This document shows, piece by piece, positions 46,611 through 56,700 of a stretch of 64,000 nt of DNA. Numbering within the stretch: position 1 is the first letter of the stretch; every line of letters starts with the position of its first letter. The notes beneath the pieces are model-generated. The model was not told where the DNA came from. It was given only the letters and a program-made list of their open reading frames with translations, and did not search any database. This stretch comes from a virus (lineage: Duplodnaviria > Heunggongvirae > Uroviricota > Caudoviricetes): the IMG/VR virus record IMGVR_UViG_3300022719_000283, positions 124,067 to 188,066 of that record. One strand, written 5' to 3'. A program made the position numbers and the translations under genes.

Positions 46611-48925
46611 CAGAGCACCTCCCCCAGGGTCCAGGTCACGGAGATGACCTCCAAGGAGACGACGAACAGGTCCGTCGCCGGGAACCCGTCGTCATCCAGC
46701 TCGAGGCGGATGAAGATCGAGTCGCCCTCGTAGTAGTCGGCGATGTCAATCACTCCGAAGTCGATGCAGTGGATCTTGTTGACCGTCGTCTCTGGCAACA
46801 TCAAGGTCGTATCCGCACCCGGGTTCGCCGTGATCGTGTCCGTGTTGGCGTCGGTGCGAGCCACGGGCACGGAACCTCCCGCAGGGTCTGCCACCAGGAT
46901 CCCCGAGACCTCCTGGGGCAGCACCGAGAGGATGACCGTGGGCGCAGTCGTGGACGAGTTGTTGTTGACGCCGTAGTAGAACCGAAACCGCAACGGATAC
47001 GCCGTGCAGATGCCCTTCGGCAGCACGAACTGGGTGTATATCGCGTCGCCGCTGCTGTTGAGCACCGAGTTCTTGATCTCGTGCGTCCACCCGGTCGGAA
47101 GGCCGCCTGATCCCACGGAGAAGTTACCGTCGGTGACTCCGCCGGACTCGCCAAAGATGTTGCCCGATCCAAATAGGGTCTCTCGGTACAGGGCCGTGCC
47201 ATAGAAAGCCAGCTTGCCGTTGACGTTGATCGCCGTCCGGGAGTCGCTCAGTCGCCACTGCTGGAACACGGGAAGCGTCGAGACTGCGGACGTGATGCGG
47301 ACCCGTGACCAGTAGGCGTTCGTGCCATTGATCGTTTTCGTGGCCCAAGTCGTAGAGGACGTGACGCCGAGCCGCAGGTTCTCACAGGACCCCGTGCGCA
47401 GGAACACGACGTTCGCGTAGCTGAAGAACTGCTCGTTGCAGGTGGCGTGTGCGCCGACCTCGACCCACCCGCTTCCGTCCCAGATCTCGAAGATGTACAC
47501 ACCTCCGATGCTCCCGATCGTCTGTGTGCTCTGCCAGCCGAAGATCTTGCGGAGGTCCGACGCGTCGGACAGCGTGGAGGCGACCAAGATCGAGTGTCCT
47601 GCGCCGACGCCCTGGAACGTGAACGTCGAGCCCGACCCGCTCGCTGCGGCGGCAGACACGTCCGTGAAGTTACCCCCGTCGGACGACGGGCTGGCCGTGT
47701 CGTCGGTCGTCAGCACGACCATCCCGCGCGTGTAGCCGTCCCCGCGCCCGAAGGCTGCCTCTGCGCCCGCCTCCGGGTGCCCCACGTGCAGCTCCCCCCA
47801 GATGGACAGCGCGGTGTCGTGCGTGAGCGTCGAGGAATCGTCCTGGAACGTGAAGGTCTGGTCGGCCTCCGCGGCCCACGCCCCGGGCACCGAGATTTTC
47901 GACTCGGACAGTTCCCCTCCGATGATGTGGAACGTCCCGGCCGTGAGTCCGGGATCCACGAGGATGTCGAATGTCGAGGCGTTGAGCCGAGGGGATCGAA
48001 GCTGCACGTTGGCGGAGTCGCTCGTGACGTGGACGCCGTTCGTGCCGGTCTGGAAGTTGAAGTCCGATCCAACGACGGCCCCGGCGCCGACCTCCAAACA
48101 GTCGGTCACCGTGGGAGGGAAACCGACGTTGATGCTGTCGGCGATCAGAGACCCTCCGGCCACCCGGATGAAGTCCGCGGCAGTACCGGACGACATCAAC
48201 GTCTGAGAGATGATCAGTTGACCCCCCGACACCTCGAACACGGCATCGCAGGTCCCCGCGGCGTACTCAGTGCGGTCTACGATCATCGCCCCGGAGTTGG
48301 AGTTCTGTATGCCGATCCCGGACGCGCCCTGCCCCTGGAGGCCGATCTCGGACACGTTGGCGCGCTCGCCAATCCCTCCGGCGAAGGACACGGCCGGAGT
48401 CGCGTCCGTGGGAAGCACGACGAACATCTGCCGGATAGACGAGCCGTTGCTCATCGTGATGCGCGTGCCCGTAGCGCCCGACCCGGAGATGACGGTCGTC
48501 CCGCCCCCGTACGCGCCCTGCATCGTGACGTTCGCGGGGACCGTGAAACTCTCGGCGTAGGTTCCGGGGCCGATGAGGATCACGTCTCCGCTCGAGGATG
48601 CCGTGATCGCGTCCGCGATCGTACCGTAGCGGCTCACCGTGGAGCCGCTGATCAGCGTGATCCCGGCCGGACTGGCAGAATCCTCCTCGGGGTCGAACGT
48701 GGCTACGCCCGTGTGGGCGGCAACGACGGCGGTGAGGGCCGTTAGCTCGGGTCCCGACAGCGCGCTGACGAAGTCAATCTCAAGCAAGTCTTGGCCCACG
48801 TCCACGGTGACCCAGTTGAGCGTGGTCGTGATGGTACCCTCCGCCAGGATCTCCTGGTGGAGACTGGAAGCATCCACGACCCCATTCAGAGTGTCCGTGG
48901 AGATCGTGTAGCTCTCGATGGCCAC
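46610..48925 (-). CDS. Fibre/tailspike with pectin-lyase-like beta-helix (possible depolymerase)
   Basis: YGTIADAITASSSGDVILIGPGTYAESF helix-cap motif followed by Gly/Val-rich rungs; shared N-domain (LTAVVAAHTG). Confidence 0.65.
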   Translation of the reverse strand: MAIESYTISTDTLNGVVDASSLHQEILAEGTITTTLNWVTVDVGQDLLEIDFVSALSGPELTALTAVVAAHTGVATFDPEEDSASPAGITLISGSTVSRYGTIADAITASSSGDVILIGPGTYAESFTVPANVTMQGAYGGGTTVISGSGATGTRITMSNGSSIRQMFVVLPTDATPAVSFAGGIGERANVSEIGLQGQGASGIGIQNSNSGAMIVDRTEYAAGTCDAVFEVSGGQLIISQTLMSSGTAADFIRVAGGSLIADSINVGFPPTVTDCLEVGAGAVVGSDFNFQTGTNGVHVTSDSANVQLRSPRLNASTFDILVDPGLTAGTFHIIGGELSESKISVPGAWAAEADQTFTFQDDSSTLTHDTALSIWGELHVGHPEAGAEAAFGRGDGYTRGMVVLTTDDTASPSSDGGNFTDVSAAAASGSGSTFTFQGVGAGHSILVASTLSDASDLRKIFGWQSTQTIGSIGGVYIFEIWDGSGWVEVGAHATCNEQFFSYANVVFLRTGSCENLRLGVTSSTTWATKTINGTNAYWSRVRITSAVSTLPVFQQWRLSDSRTAINVNGKLAFYGTALYRETLFGSGNIFGESGGVTDGNFSVGSGGLPTGWTHEIKNSVLNSSGDAIYTQFVLPKGICTAYPLRFRFYYGVNNNSSTTAPTVILSVLPQEVSGILVADPAGGSVPVARTDANTDTITANPGADTTLMLPETTVNKIHCIDFGVIDIADYYEGDSIFIRLELDDDGFPATDLFVVSLEVISVTWTLGEVL

Positions 48926-48926
48926 G

Positions 48927-49601
48927 CTAGCTCACCCTCCAAAGCGCGACACGTGCCCGCCGGATCGTAGCTGTCGGTGGGAAAAAACCCCCGTCTCGTC
49001 GGAAGTCGATGTCGATGTCGTGCGTAGCAGCCGTCAACGTCACCTGAGCTGCTCCTGCGGAGGGGATGAACTGTGTCGCTGCGCCGTCCTTCGGCTCCGT
49101 GACCTGCTCGGCGACGACCGTCGTGTCATCGAGGTGCACACGGGCGGCGAAACTGTTGAACGTGGAATTCAGGTTCCACTCGTAGGCCCACGAGACAAGG
49201 TAATCCCCGGCCGGGACGCTCGCCGTCGTCACCTTGAGTTTCTGGATGTACGTCATGGAGGTCGTCGAACTATCCGCGAGGCTCTCCCCGTACGTGTACT
49301 CGGTGCCGAAGACGCTGACCGCTCCGGTGGCCACCAAGGCCCAACCCGTGTTCGTCCCATCCGTGTTGACGTAGAGAGATCCTACGCCCGCATCGGTGCG
49401 CATAAACACGTCACCTTCATTGCCAGAGACCGAGCCGTTAGGGTCCCCGGATCCACGCTTAAGGTTGTCCGACTCAAAAACCGCGCCAGACTGAAGAGTT
49501 AGATCGACGGAGAGGAACAAGTCATCCGAACTCACATCAACGGTACGAGTTAACCCCGTCGTATTGTCGTTAAGCGTAATGTTATCGACCTGGTTGGCCA
49601 T
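48927..49601 (-). CDS. Short fibre/decoration protein with C1q-like C-domain
   Basis: GSGDPNG...GDVFMRTD...LYVNT...W module; C-domain homologous to that of 42986-43597. Confidence 0.7.
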   Translation of the reverse strand: MANQVDNITLNDNTTGLTRTVDVSSDDLFLSVDLTLQSGAVFESDNLKRGSGDPNGSVSGNEGDVFMRTDAGVGSLYVNTDGTNTGWALVATGAVSVFGTEYTYGESLADSSTTSMTYIQKLKVTTASVPAGDYLVSWAYEWNLNSTFNSFAARVHLDDTTVVAEQVTEPKDGAATQFIPSAGAAQVTLTAATHDIDIDFRRDGGFFPPTATIRRARVALWRVS

Positions 49602-49605
49602 ACCC

Positions 49606-49818
49606 CTATTTCACCTTACTGGGCGCCCCCACGTCGATCCCTCGGACAGTAACTTCCCATCCAACGGGATGTCGCTCGCCTCCAAGGCGCTGGCCTCGAA
49701 GTGCCTCAAGGCGCCTCGCACAGACACGTCGCATCATAGCAGTGACGTTGGCCTGCTCCTTAGCCCTCAGCTCCTTCTCAGGCTCGAGCTCAAGATCGAT
49801 TGTAAGTTGTACCTTCAT
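49606..49818 (-). CDS. Small hypothetical protein (70 aa)
   Basis: Fills the gap between co-oriented genes. Confidence 0.5.
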   Translation of the reverse strand: MKVQLTIDLELEPEKELRAKEQANVTAMMRRVCARRLEALRGQRLGGERHPVGWEVTVRGIDVGAPSKVK

Positions 49819-49828
49819 GCGTTATCTC

Positions 49829-52660
49829 CTACGGGCGCACCGAGATGAATTGCGGCTGGAACATGACCAGTGGCGAGGTATTGGCACCGTTGGCACCTTG
49901 AAGAATGCCAATGACGTAGACGACGTTGCCACTACCCGTCGGGGCCGTCGTAGTACCTTCGCCTGCGGTCGCACTGACAAACACAGGACGACCATTAAGA
50001 GAGGCAGCCGGAGCCGCAGCGAAGTTCACTGGGATCAAGGACCCCGGCACGGTGTAAACCTTCACCGGGTCCGTGTCGGCCGCTGCATAGGCCGCCACCC
50101 CAATAGCCAAGCCATCCAGGGTTGTGCCCGTGTTGGAGTCAGCCAAGATCACGTCACCGGTCGTACCTTCAATCGTGACCACCTCACCAGCGGAGAGTGC
50201 TTCTCCAGCAGTGAGAGTCACACCAGCTCCGTTGCCGACGATGTCCAAGAACTCGTTGACCTCGACCGCAAGTTCGCCGGTCGTCGTATCAAAGGTCATG
50301 AGGTTGTCGGTGCCGTCATCGATCACCATCGCCGTAGCGTTGTTGGTGCCGACGGTTACTTGGACATCCTCAGCCGAGGTGATGTCGATCGTGCCGCTCG
50401 TGGTCGTCGAAAGCGTCAGGTCCGCTCCGGCTACGGTGAAGTTCGATGCGAGACTGGCATCGAGACTGATGGCCTGCGTGCCGGACACGTCGAAATCTCC
50501 GTTGGTGGCGTCAGTGGCGATCGTATTGCCGCCTTCATAGGCGTTTTGGAGAGTGACGGAGCCCCCGGTGGCCACCTGCGTCCAGCTCGTGCCCGAGCCG
50601 GTCGAAGTGTTGATGTAGAGCTCACCGCCTGTACCAGTATCACGCATGAACAGCGAGCCTGCCAGACCGGTCACGACCGTGTCGGGATCGTTGTCGCCCA
50701 CGAACAGGCCAACCGAATCTCCTCCGGTGCCCGTCGCCGTAAGGGTCATGAGGGCCGACGCCTCTCCAACCGTTGAGTCGAAGGTGAAGGCACCCGTACC
50801 GGAGTCAAGGTTCACGGAGGTAGCCCCGGTGGCGTTACCCACCGTGATCGTGCGAGCGGCGGCACCGGTGCCGACATTGATGGCGCCAGTGTCAGCATCA
50901 TTGCCAAGCTGAAGGGCGCCCCCTGTCGAGTTAATCTCCACACCGTCCACACCGTCCACAAGCACTGAGCCGCTTGTGGTGGTCGAAAGCGTGAGATCGC
51001 CGGTATCAGCACTGACGTTCGAAGCACCCGTGCCATCGATGCTGAAGGCACCTGTCGACAACATGTCGAAAGCCCCTGTGACATCGATGTCGAGGCCCGC
51101 CCCAGCGTTGACATCCATCAGGCCCGCAGAGGTCAGATCGAGCTCTCCAGAAGTGGTCGTGGAGAGGACCAGATCCGCACTATCGACCGTAAAGTTTGAC
51201 GCGCTCGAGGCATCCAGGGAGATGGCCTCGGTCCCAGAGACGTCAAAATCACCGTTCGTGGTGTCAGTGACGATGGTGTTCCCGGCTTCGTATGCCTGCT
51301 GAAGGTTATTTCCGGCGCCCGTGGTGAAAGGCGTCCAGCTCGTGCCCGACCCGGTCGAAGTATTCAGGTAAGCAACAGCACCCGCCCCTGTGTCCCGCAG
51401 GAACATCGAGCCGGCATCTGCTGTCACAGCGCCACTGGGATCACTCGTACCTGTGAAGAAGGCGGCAGCATTGGCGCCTGTTCCCGTCGACTCGATTTGA
51501 AAAAGGATTTCGTCTTCGTCCGCCGGGGAGGTGATATTGACGAAACCAGCAACGCCCGTAGTGTTGCCGTCACCTGGTGTGAGAACGATGGAAGCACCTC
51601 CAGCCGTACCACCGGTGCTCGAACCTGCGGTCATGGTGATGTCGTTGCCTGAAGCGTCCGCAGCGTCCGCCGTATCAAACGTCATCGAGGTCGTCGCATC
51701 TACGTCCACATCCGCAGCAGACGAAGCAACCAAACTGCCCGAGGTAATCGTCGAAAGCGTGAGGTCTCCGCTGGTAACACTGACGTTCGAAGCATCAGTA
51801 CCGTCGATCGAAAAACCGTTCGTGCCCGTCATCTGAACATCGAACGTAGTCACGTCGGCATCAAAAACCGTATCGAGATCGATCCCTCCCGTGGTTGTGA
51901 TGCTCAGGAGCTCCGTACCCGCGATGATCACGTTGCCGTTGCCGGCATCCGTCGTGATCGTGTTACCAGCCTCGTACGCCTCTTGCAGGTCCACCACCCC
52001 CTGCTGCGTGAAGATGTTGTAGGTCAATCCCGAAGTCGTGGTTGTCGTTGCGGTTTCCCAGTCACCGCTCGAGTTCCCACGCAGGACGTTGACGTTGACA
52101 AGCGTGATGGCACCAGCAACCGTGGTGTCCGTGACGAAGTCGTTCTGAACCCAATCCTGAGTCGTACCCACGGTGCCAACACCACGGATCGTCAAGGTGG
52201 TGCCGACATGCGACTCGACCTCGTAGATACCGTCGTTCTCCTGGTCGTTGGCCCCCGAGACCTGGACGATGTCGCCCGCCGAGAAGGTCGCGGACCCGGC
52301 CGTGATGACGGTCGGGTTGCTGACGGCCGCGACACCCGCCGTGAATCCCGTGGCCGCAACGGTGTCCGCTGTAGCGGTCGGCAACACGTTCACCACGAGG
52401 CCGCCTGTCTGGGCCCCAGCGGTAGTGTAATCCGCGTTCAGGTACAGGTGGTTGTCCCGGATATTGACCTGTTCCGAGTGAAGGGTCGTAGTCGTGCCGT
52501 TGACGACCAAGTTACCGTCCACAAGCATGTTGGCCCCAGACAACAGCTCCAGATCAGTCTCGATTTGAAGCGTGTCCGGAGTACCTCCGGTTTCAAGCGT
52601 GCGGGTCAGACCTGTAGTCAGATCCAAGATGGTGATGTTGTTGAGTTGGTTGCCAGCCAT
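49829..52660 (-). CDS. Long Thr/Gly-rich modular fibre (943 aa) with DUF2190/cement-like C-domain
   Basis: 3x LQ.AYE(A/G)GN repeats, 2x DP...G.....RDTG....Y.NTSTGSGTSWT, C-terminal AGEALSAGEVV.....GDV..A...AIGVA. Confidence 0.75.
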   Translation of the reverse strand: MAGNQLNNITILDLTTGLTRTLETGGTPDTLQIETDLELLSGANMLVDGNLVVNGTTTTLHSEQVNIRDNHLYLNADYTTAGAQTGGLVVNVLPTATADTVAATGFTAGVAAVSNPTVITAGSATFSAGDIVQVSGANDQENDGIYEVESHVGTTLTIRGVGTVGTTQDWVQNDFVTDTTVAGAITLVNVNVLRGNSSGDWETATTTTTSGLTYNIFTQQGVVDLQEAYEAGNTITTDAGNGNVIIAGTELLSITTTGGIDLDTVFDADVTTFDVQMTGTNGFSIDGTDASNVSVTSGDLTLSTITSGSLVASSAADVDVDATTSMTFDTADAADASGNDITMTAGSSTGGTAGGASIVLTPGDGNTTGVAGFVNITSPADEDEILFQIESTGTGANAAAFFTGTSDPSGAVTADAGSMFLRDTGAGAVAYLNTSTGSGTSWTPFTTGAGNNLQQAYEAGNTIVTDTTNGDFDVSGTEAISLDASSASNFTVDSADLVLSTTTSGELDLTSAGLMDVNAGAGLDIDVTGAFDMLSTGAFSIDGTGASNVSADTGDLTLSTTTSGSVLVDGVDGVEINSTGGALQLGNDADTGAINVGTGAAARTITVGNATGATSVNLDSGTGAFTFDSTVGEASALMTLTATGTGGDSVGLFVGDNDPDTVVTGLAGSLFMRDTGTGGELYINTSTGSGTSWTQVATGGSVTLQNAYEGGNTIATDATNGDFDVSGTQAISLDASLASNFTVAGADLTLSTTTSGTIDITSAEDVQVTVGTNNATAMVIDDGTDNLMTFDTTTGELAVEVNEFLDIVGNGAGVTLTAGEALSAGEVVTIEGTTGDVILADSNTGTTLDGLAIGVAAYAAADTDPVKVYTVPGSLIPVNFAAAPAASLNGRPVFVSATAGEGTTTAPTGSGNVVYVIGILQGANGANTSPLVMFQPQFISVRP

Positions 52661-52672
52661 GGGTTCGTTCCT

Positions 52673-53113
52673 TTACGGGATCTGGGAGATGAATTGCGGA
52701 CGAAAGAGCACGTCCGGGGTGAGGGTGACGCCATCGCCACCAATCAAAATGCCGACACGAAAAATGGTGTTGCCGCTCGAGGTAGGGGGGGTGAGCGAAG
52801 CAACCCCTGCAATCGTTGAAAGAAAAACAGGATCGTTATTGGCCGCGCCTGCTGGAGCGACGGCAAAGCGAACGGATTGAACCACCCCAGAAATCTCCGC
52901 CACCTCAACCGAAGCAGCGGCGGCGACGCTCATCAGCGCGATCCCGGCAACATCCCAAATCCCAGAAGTCGTCGTGGACACCGCCGGCACGACGTTGCTG
53001 CTCGTGTCGAACGCGACCAGATCGAAGGCCGTGATGGGCGCCCCAGCCGTCTCCGTTCGAGACTCTGGAAGCCCGGTTCCCATGGAACCGATGGGGATGA
53101 ACGGGTAAGTCAT
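52673..53113 (-). CDS. Stand-alone homolog of the 943-aa protein's C-terminal domain
   Basis: FLSTIAG....PPTSSGN....VGIL.G......VLFRPQFIS vs FVSATAG...APTGSGN...IGILQG......VMFQPQFIS. Confidence 0.7.
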   Translation of the reverse strand: MTYPFIPIGSMGTGLPESRTETAGAPITAFDLVAFDTSSNVVPAVSTTTSGIWDVAGIALMSVAAAASVEVAEISGVVQSVRFAVAPAGAANNDPVFLSTIAGVASLTPPTSSGNTIFRVGILIGGDGVTLTPDVLFRPQFISQIP

Positions 53114-53187
53114 AGCCCTCGTACAGGCAAAGACTAAAGGAGGATTAGCGGCGCTCAGCGCCGCTTTTCAGCCCAAAGTGGCGCTTT

Positions 53188-53766
53188 TCACGTAACTTCG
53201 AACGCGTAACCCAACCTCTCGATGTCAGCCCCGAAACGTCGGTTCACCAACCCCACAATCTCGACGTTGTAGTAGCCCCTCCAAGGCTTCTTGCCGGCAG
53301 TTTGGTTCTTGTGAGGAAGAGCCATCCCTGAGAGCCCAAAACGGCTCAGAAAAGCGTTGAGCTCTTCTGGGAGGTGCTCCCAGTGCAGGAGCTCGTCCGC
53401 CTCGTGCCAGAAGATTTTCCCGTTCCGGACATAGGCGCCAGGGCTTGTTTCGCAAAGTTCTGCGACGTATTGAACAAAAGGCACGCCACCGCCTCGACGC
53501 AACCAACAGGACACAAGCCAGTCGTACGGGTTGCGCACCGTGGCTACGGTAACTTCGCTCCCGTCCATCACGTCCCCGGGCTCGAGATGCTCATGTTGTC
53601 GAACGAAAAAATCTTGCCGAACTTTGAGAAGACGATCAGGAGAGGCATGGTGAGGACCCACTCGGTAGGTCTCCTCTATTTGTTCGTCCAATGCCTGCGC
53701 CGTAGCCAACGAAGCCACATGGTAGTTGGCGACGTATAGGAATTTTCCCGGTAAGACGACCGCCAT
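53188..53766 (-). CDS. Sulfotransferase-family protein (Sulfotransfer_2-like)
   Basis: 3'-PB motif TVRNPYDWLVSCW; HWEHLPEEL; LPHKN; WRGYY...VNRRFGADIERLGYAF. The 5'-PSB loop is atypical. Confidence 0.7.
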   Translation of the reverse strand: MAVVLPGKFLYVANYHVASLATAQALDEQIEETYRVGPHHASPDRLLKVRQDFFVRQHEHLEPGDVMDGSEVTVATVRNPYDWLVSCWLRRGGGVPFVQYVAELCETSPGAYVRNGKIFWHEADELLHWEHLPEELNAFLSRFGLSGMALPHKNQTAGKKPWRGYYNVEIVGLVNRRFGADIERLGYAFEVT

Positions 53767-53769
53767 CGT

Positions 53770-56700
53770 CTAGATCTCTTCAACGATCACCTTGGCAAGA
53801 GCCGCGAACCCAGGGGCGGAGTCCCCCGATCCGTTTCGCCTGACTCGAAGGCGAAACGCTTCGCCGGGGAGGGTACCGTTGATGTCCGGCAGCGGAACCA
53901 GGCTCAGGACGAGCTCGTTCAAGGTTGAGGGCACGCCGGCAGAGATGCTAGTCCCGGTCCCGAAACTGTCGGTCGTGAGCGTGGTGAGGCCGAGTTCCCA
54001 CCGCTCGAAGAAGACCTCCCAGGAGACAGAGCCAGCGGTCGATCCCGTAATCGCCCAAATGAGGCGCACCTGCACGTTCCCCGTCTTGAACGTGGGCGGC
54101 ATGAGCCCGGCGAACACGGCATCTTCATCGAGGCCGGCCGAAAACGTGAGGACAGGGTGTGCGTTGATAGTGCTCGAGCTCGCGGCCCCGCTGCTCGGAG
54201 GCTCGTTGTCCTGGGGCTTGAACACGACCGGAGGCATCAAACCGAGCGGCGACCAAGTCGTGCCGTTGTACCCCTCGAACTGATCCGTGGTGGTGTTGAG
54301 ACGAACGGTGCCCGCCGGAGGCGTCGAAGGTCGCTGTCCCGTAGTTCCGGTGGGCACCCTCGTGCCCCCGGTGCCGCCGACGTACAGCTCAACCGCCGGG
54401 TCAAAGGAGCCGATCCCCACGGTGCCCGGACTCGTAGTCCCGCTCCCCGGAGAGAGCAGGATGTGGCCCCCCGCGCCCGACGTGGCCGATCCGCCCGTGA
54501 GTGTGATGACACCCCCGTCCCCAGAAGTGGCACCCCCCGCGCCCGCCGTGACCGTGACGTCACCGCCGCGCCCGGTCCCCGCCGGTGCCGGACCCGCGGC
54601 CCCCAGGATCTGCACAGAGCCGCCGTTGCCGGACGTGTTCCCCACGAATCCGCCTCCGACGGTGCACAGGCCGCCGTTGCCGCCGTTGGGCCCCGATCCC
54701 CCCGCGACGAGCCCGGCCTCGCCTCCGTCCCCGCTGTCCGCGTTGTTACCTCCGTTGACGCTGGCCGAGCCTCCTTGGGTCGAGCCCTGCGATGTGCCTC
54801 CGATGAGCGTCAGGAACCCGGCGGCCCCCGAAGCACCTCCGCCGTTGCCGGGCCGGATGATCACCGGGCCGCCCGTGCCGTCGGAGGCGTCCGATCCCTG
54901 GATGCTGATCGGGCCACCTTGGCCCGATGCTCCAGGGAATCCTCCCGAGAGAAACAAGGCGCCTCCTCGTCCGGTCCCGTCGCCGAAACCTCCGCGGATC
55001 TGAGTGGTGCCGCCGTTGGCGTTGGAGCCGGTAGCGGCCGTCTCCCCGTTGATGGCGTCCCCGTTGCTGACCACCAACGGGGTGCCCCCGGTGAAGTTCC
55101 CGACGGCCAGCGTCGAAGCCAAGCCGCTGAAGGCACCCGAGACGACGAAGTCCGTGCCGTCGTCGTCCGTGAACATCAACGTGTTCGGAGCATCGTTGCG
55201 GAGCCACAGCGTGCCGTTGCCCGCCGCAACCGTGCCAGGGTTGGCCGCCGACTCCGTCATCTGAAGCCCCGGAGGATCGATCATCCCCGTCACAGTGAGC
55301 TTGCCCGTGACGACCGTATCTGCGTTCAGATTGATGTCACCGGTTCCAGCATCGACGTTGACCGCCGTAGCTCCCGTCGTGTTGCCGATCGTAATCGTCC
55401 GAGCCGCGGCCCCCGTACCAACGTTCAAAGATCCGGTATCGGCGTCGTTGCCGATCTCCAAGTCTCCGCCACTGGAGTTGATCTCGACACCGCCATCCCC
55501 GTCTACAAGCGTCAGGACGCTCGACGAGATCGCCACATTTCCGCCCGTTGCCGAAACGTCAATCCCACCGGAAAAGATATTCACGACCGCGCTGCTGCTG
55601 ATGGCGATCTCGTCGGCTGCGGTGACATTCACGTCCCCGCCCGTCGTCGTGGAGAGAGTTAGGTTTGCGCCGTCGACCGTGAAGTTCGAGGCTGCTTGAG
55701 CGTCCAGAGAGACGGCCTCCGTGCCGGAAACATCGAAGTCCCCGTTCGTCGAATCGGTGACGATCGTGTTACCCGCCTCGTACGCTTCCTGGAGCGTCTC
55801 AGTAATGTCTCCCGTACCCACAAGGGACCAGGCAGTGTTTGCAGCCCCAGTCTTGAGCCACAGCTCTCCAGTAGTGCCCGCGCCTCCAGAATCTCGATGG
55901 AACACAGACCCCACGGGAGCTGCAACACCACCCCCAGCGCTCGGATCGATGTCCCCAACGAAGACCTCGACGCTGTCCCCGTTGGCCCCCGTGGTCGTAA
56001 AAGTAGCCACCGAACTCGTGGCACCCACACTCGAGCTCAGCGTCAGCGTACCGTTGATGAAAGTGTTCAACTCCGCTGTGGAACCGCCCACCATGAACTG
56101 GTTGGTCGTCGTTGTCGTCGAATCTCGACCAAGAGCAACCGATTCCGTGTGCGTCGAATCTGCGTTCCACCCCAACGCAACGCTGGCAGTAGCAGTAGCG
56201 CTGGAAAAGCTGCCGATACAGATGCCGCGCTCTCCCGAAGCCGAACTGACAGGGCCGATGGCCGTACCGGCCAGGGCCGAGGAAGTTGCACTGTCGCCGA
56301 TGACCGTGCTGTTCCCTGATCCCGTAACCGTGGCGCCTCGTCCGATGGCAATGTTGTTGCCTCCCGATGTGCCTGCGATACTGGCACCCGATCCGATGGC
56401 AATCGACTCCGAGTTCAAGGCCCCAGACACCACAGCCGCGCGCCCAATGGCCAACGGGCGCCCTGAAGTTCCGGTAGCACCATCACCGATGACGATGCCC
56501 TCACCGCTGCCAATCGACGTAGATTGTCCGATGGCAACGTTGCTCGGCATGTTGATCGTGTCGCCTTGAAGCGTCAGGTCTCCCGTCGTGGCATTGACAC
56601 GCACACGCTCTGTGCCGCTGGTCTCGACCACAAAATCGAAGGCATCGTTGGTGCCGATCCTCTGTTCGGATCCAACGGTGTTGCCTCCCAAAAGCCACGA

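Noticed and set aside
53147-53168. Hairpin AGCGGCGC-TCA-GCGCCGCT after the sulfotransferase as a terminator
   Set aside because: The T-run is on the plus strand, opposite to transcription; too weak to call.
15977-53770. Possible TAG reassignment (several TAG stops followed by in-frame genes)
   Set aside because: TAG, TAA and TGA all end genes cleanly, long genes have no internal TAG, and downstream genes have their own RBS and start codons.
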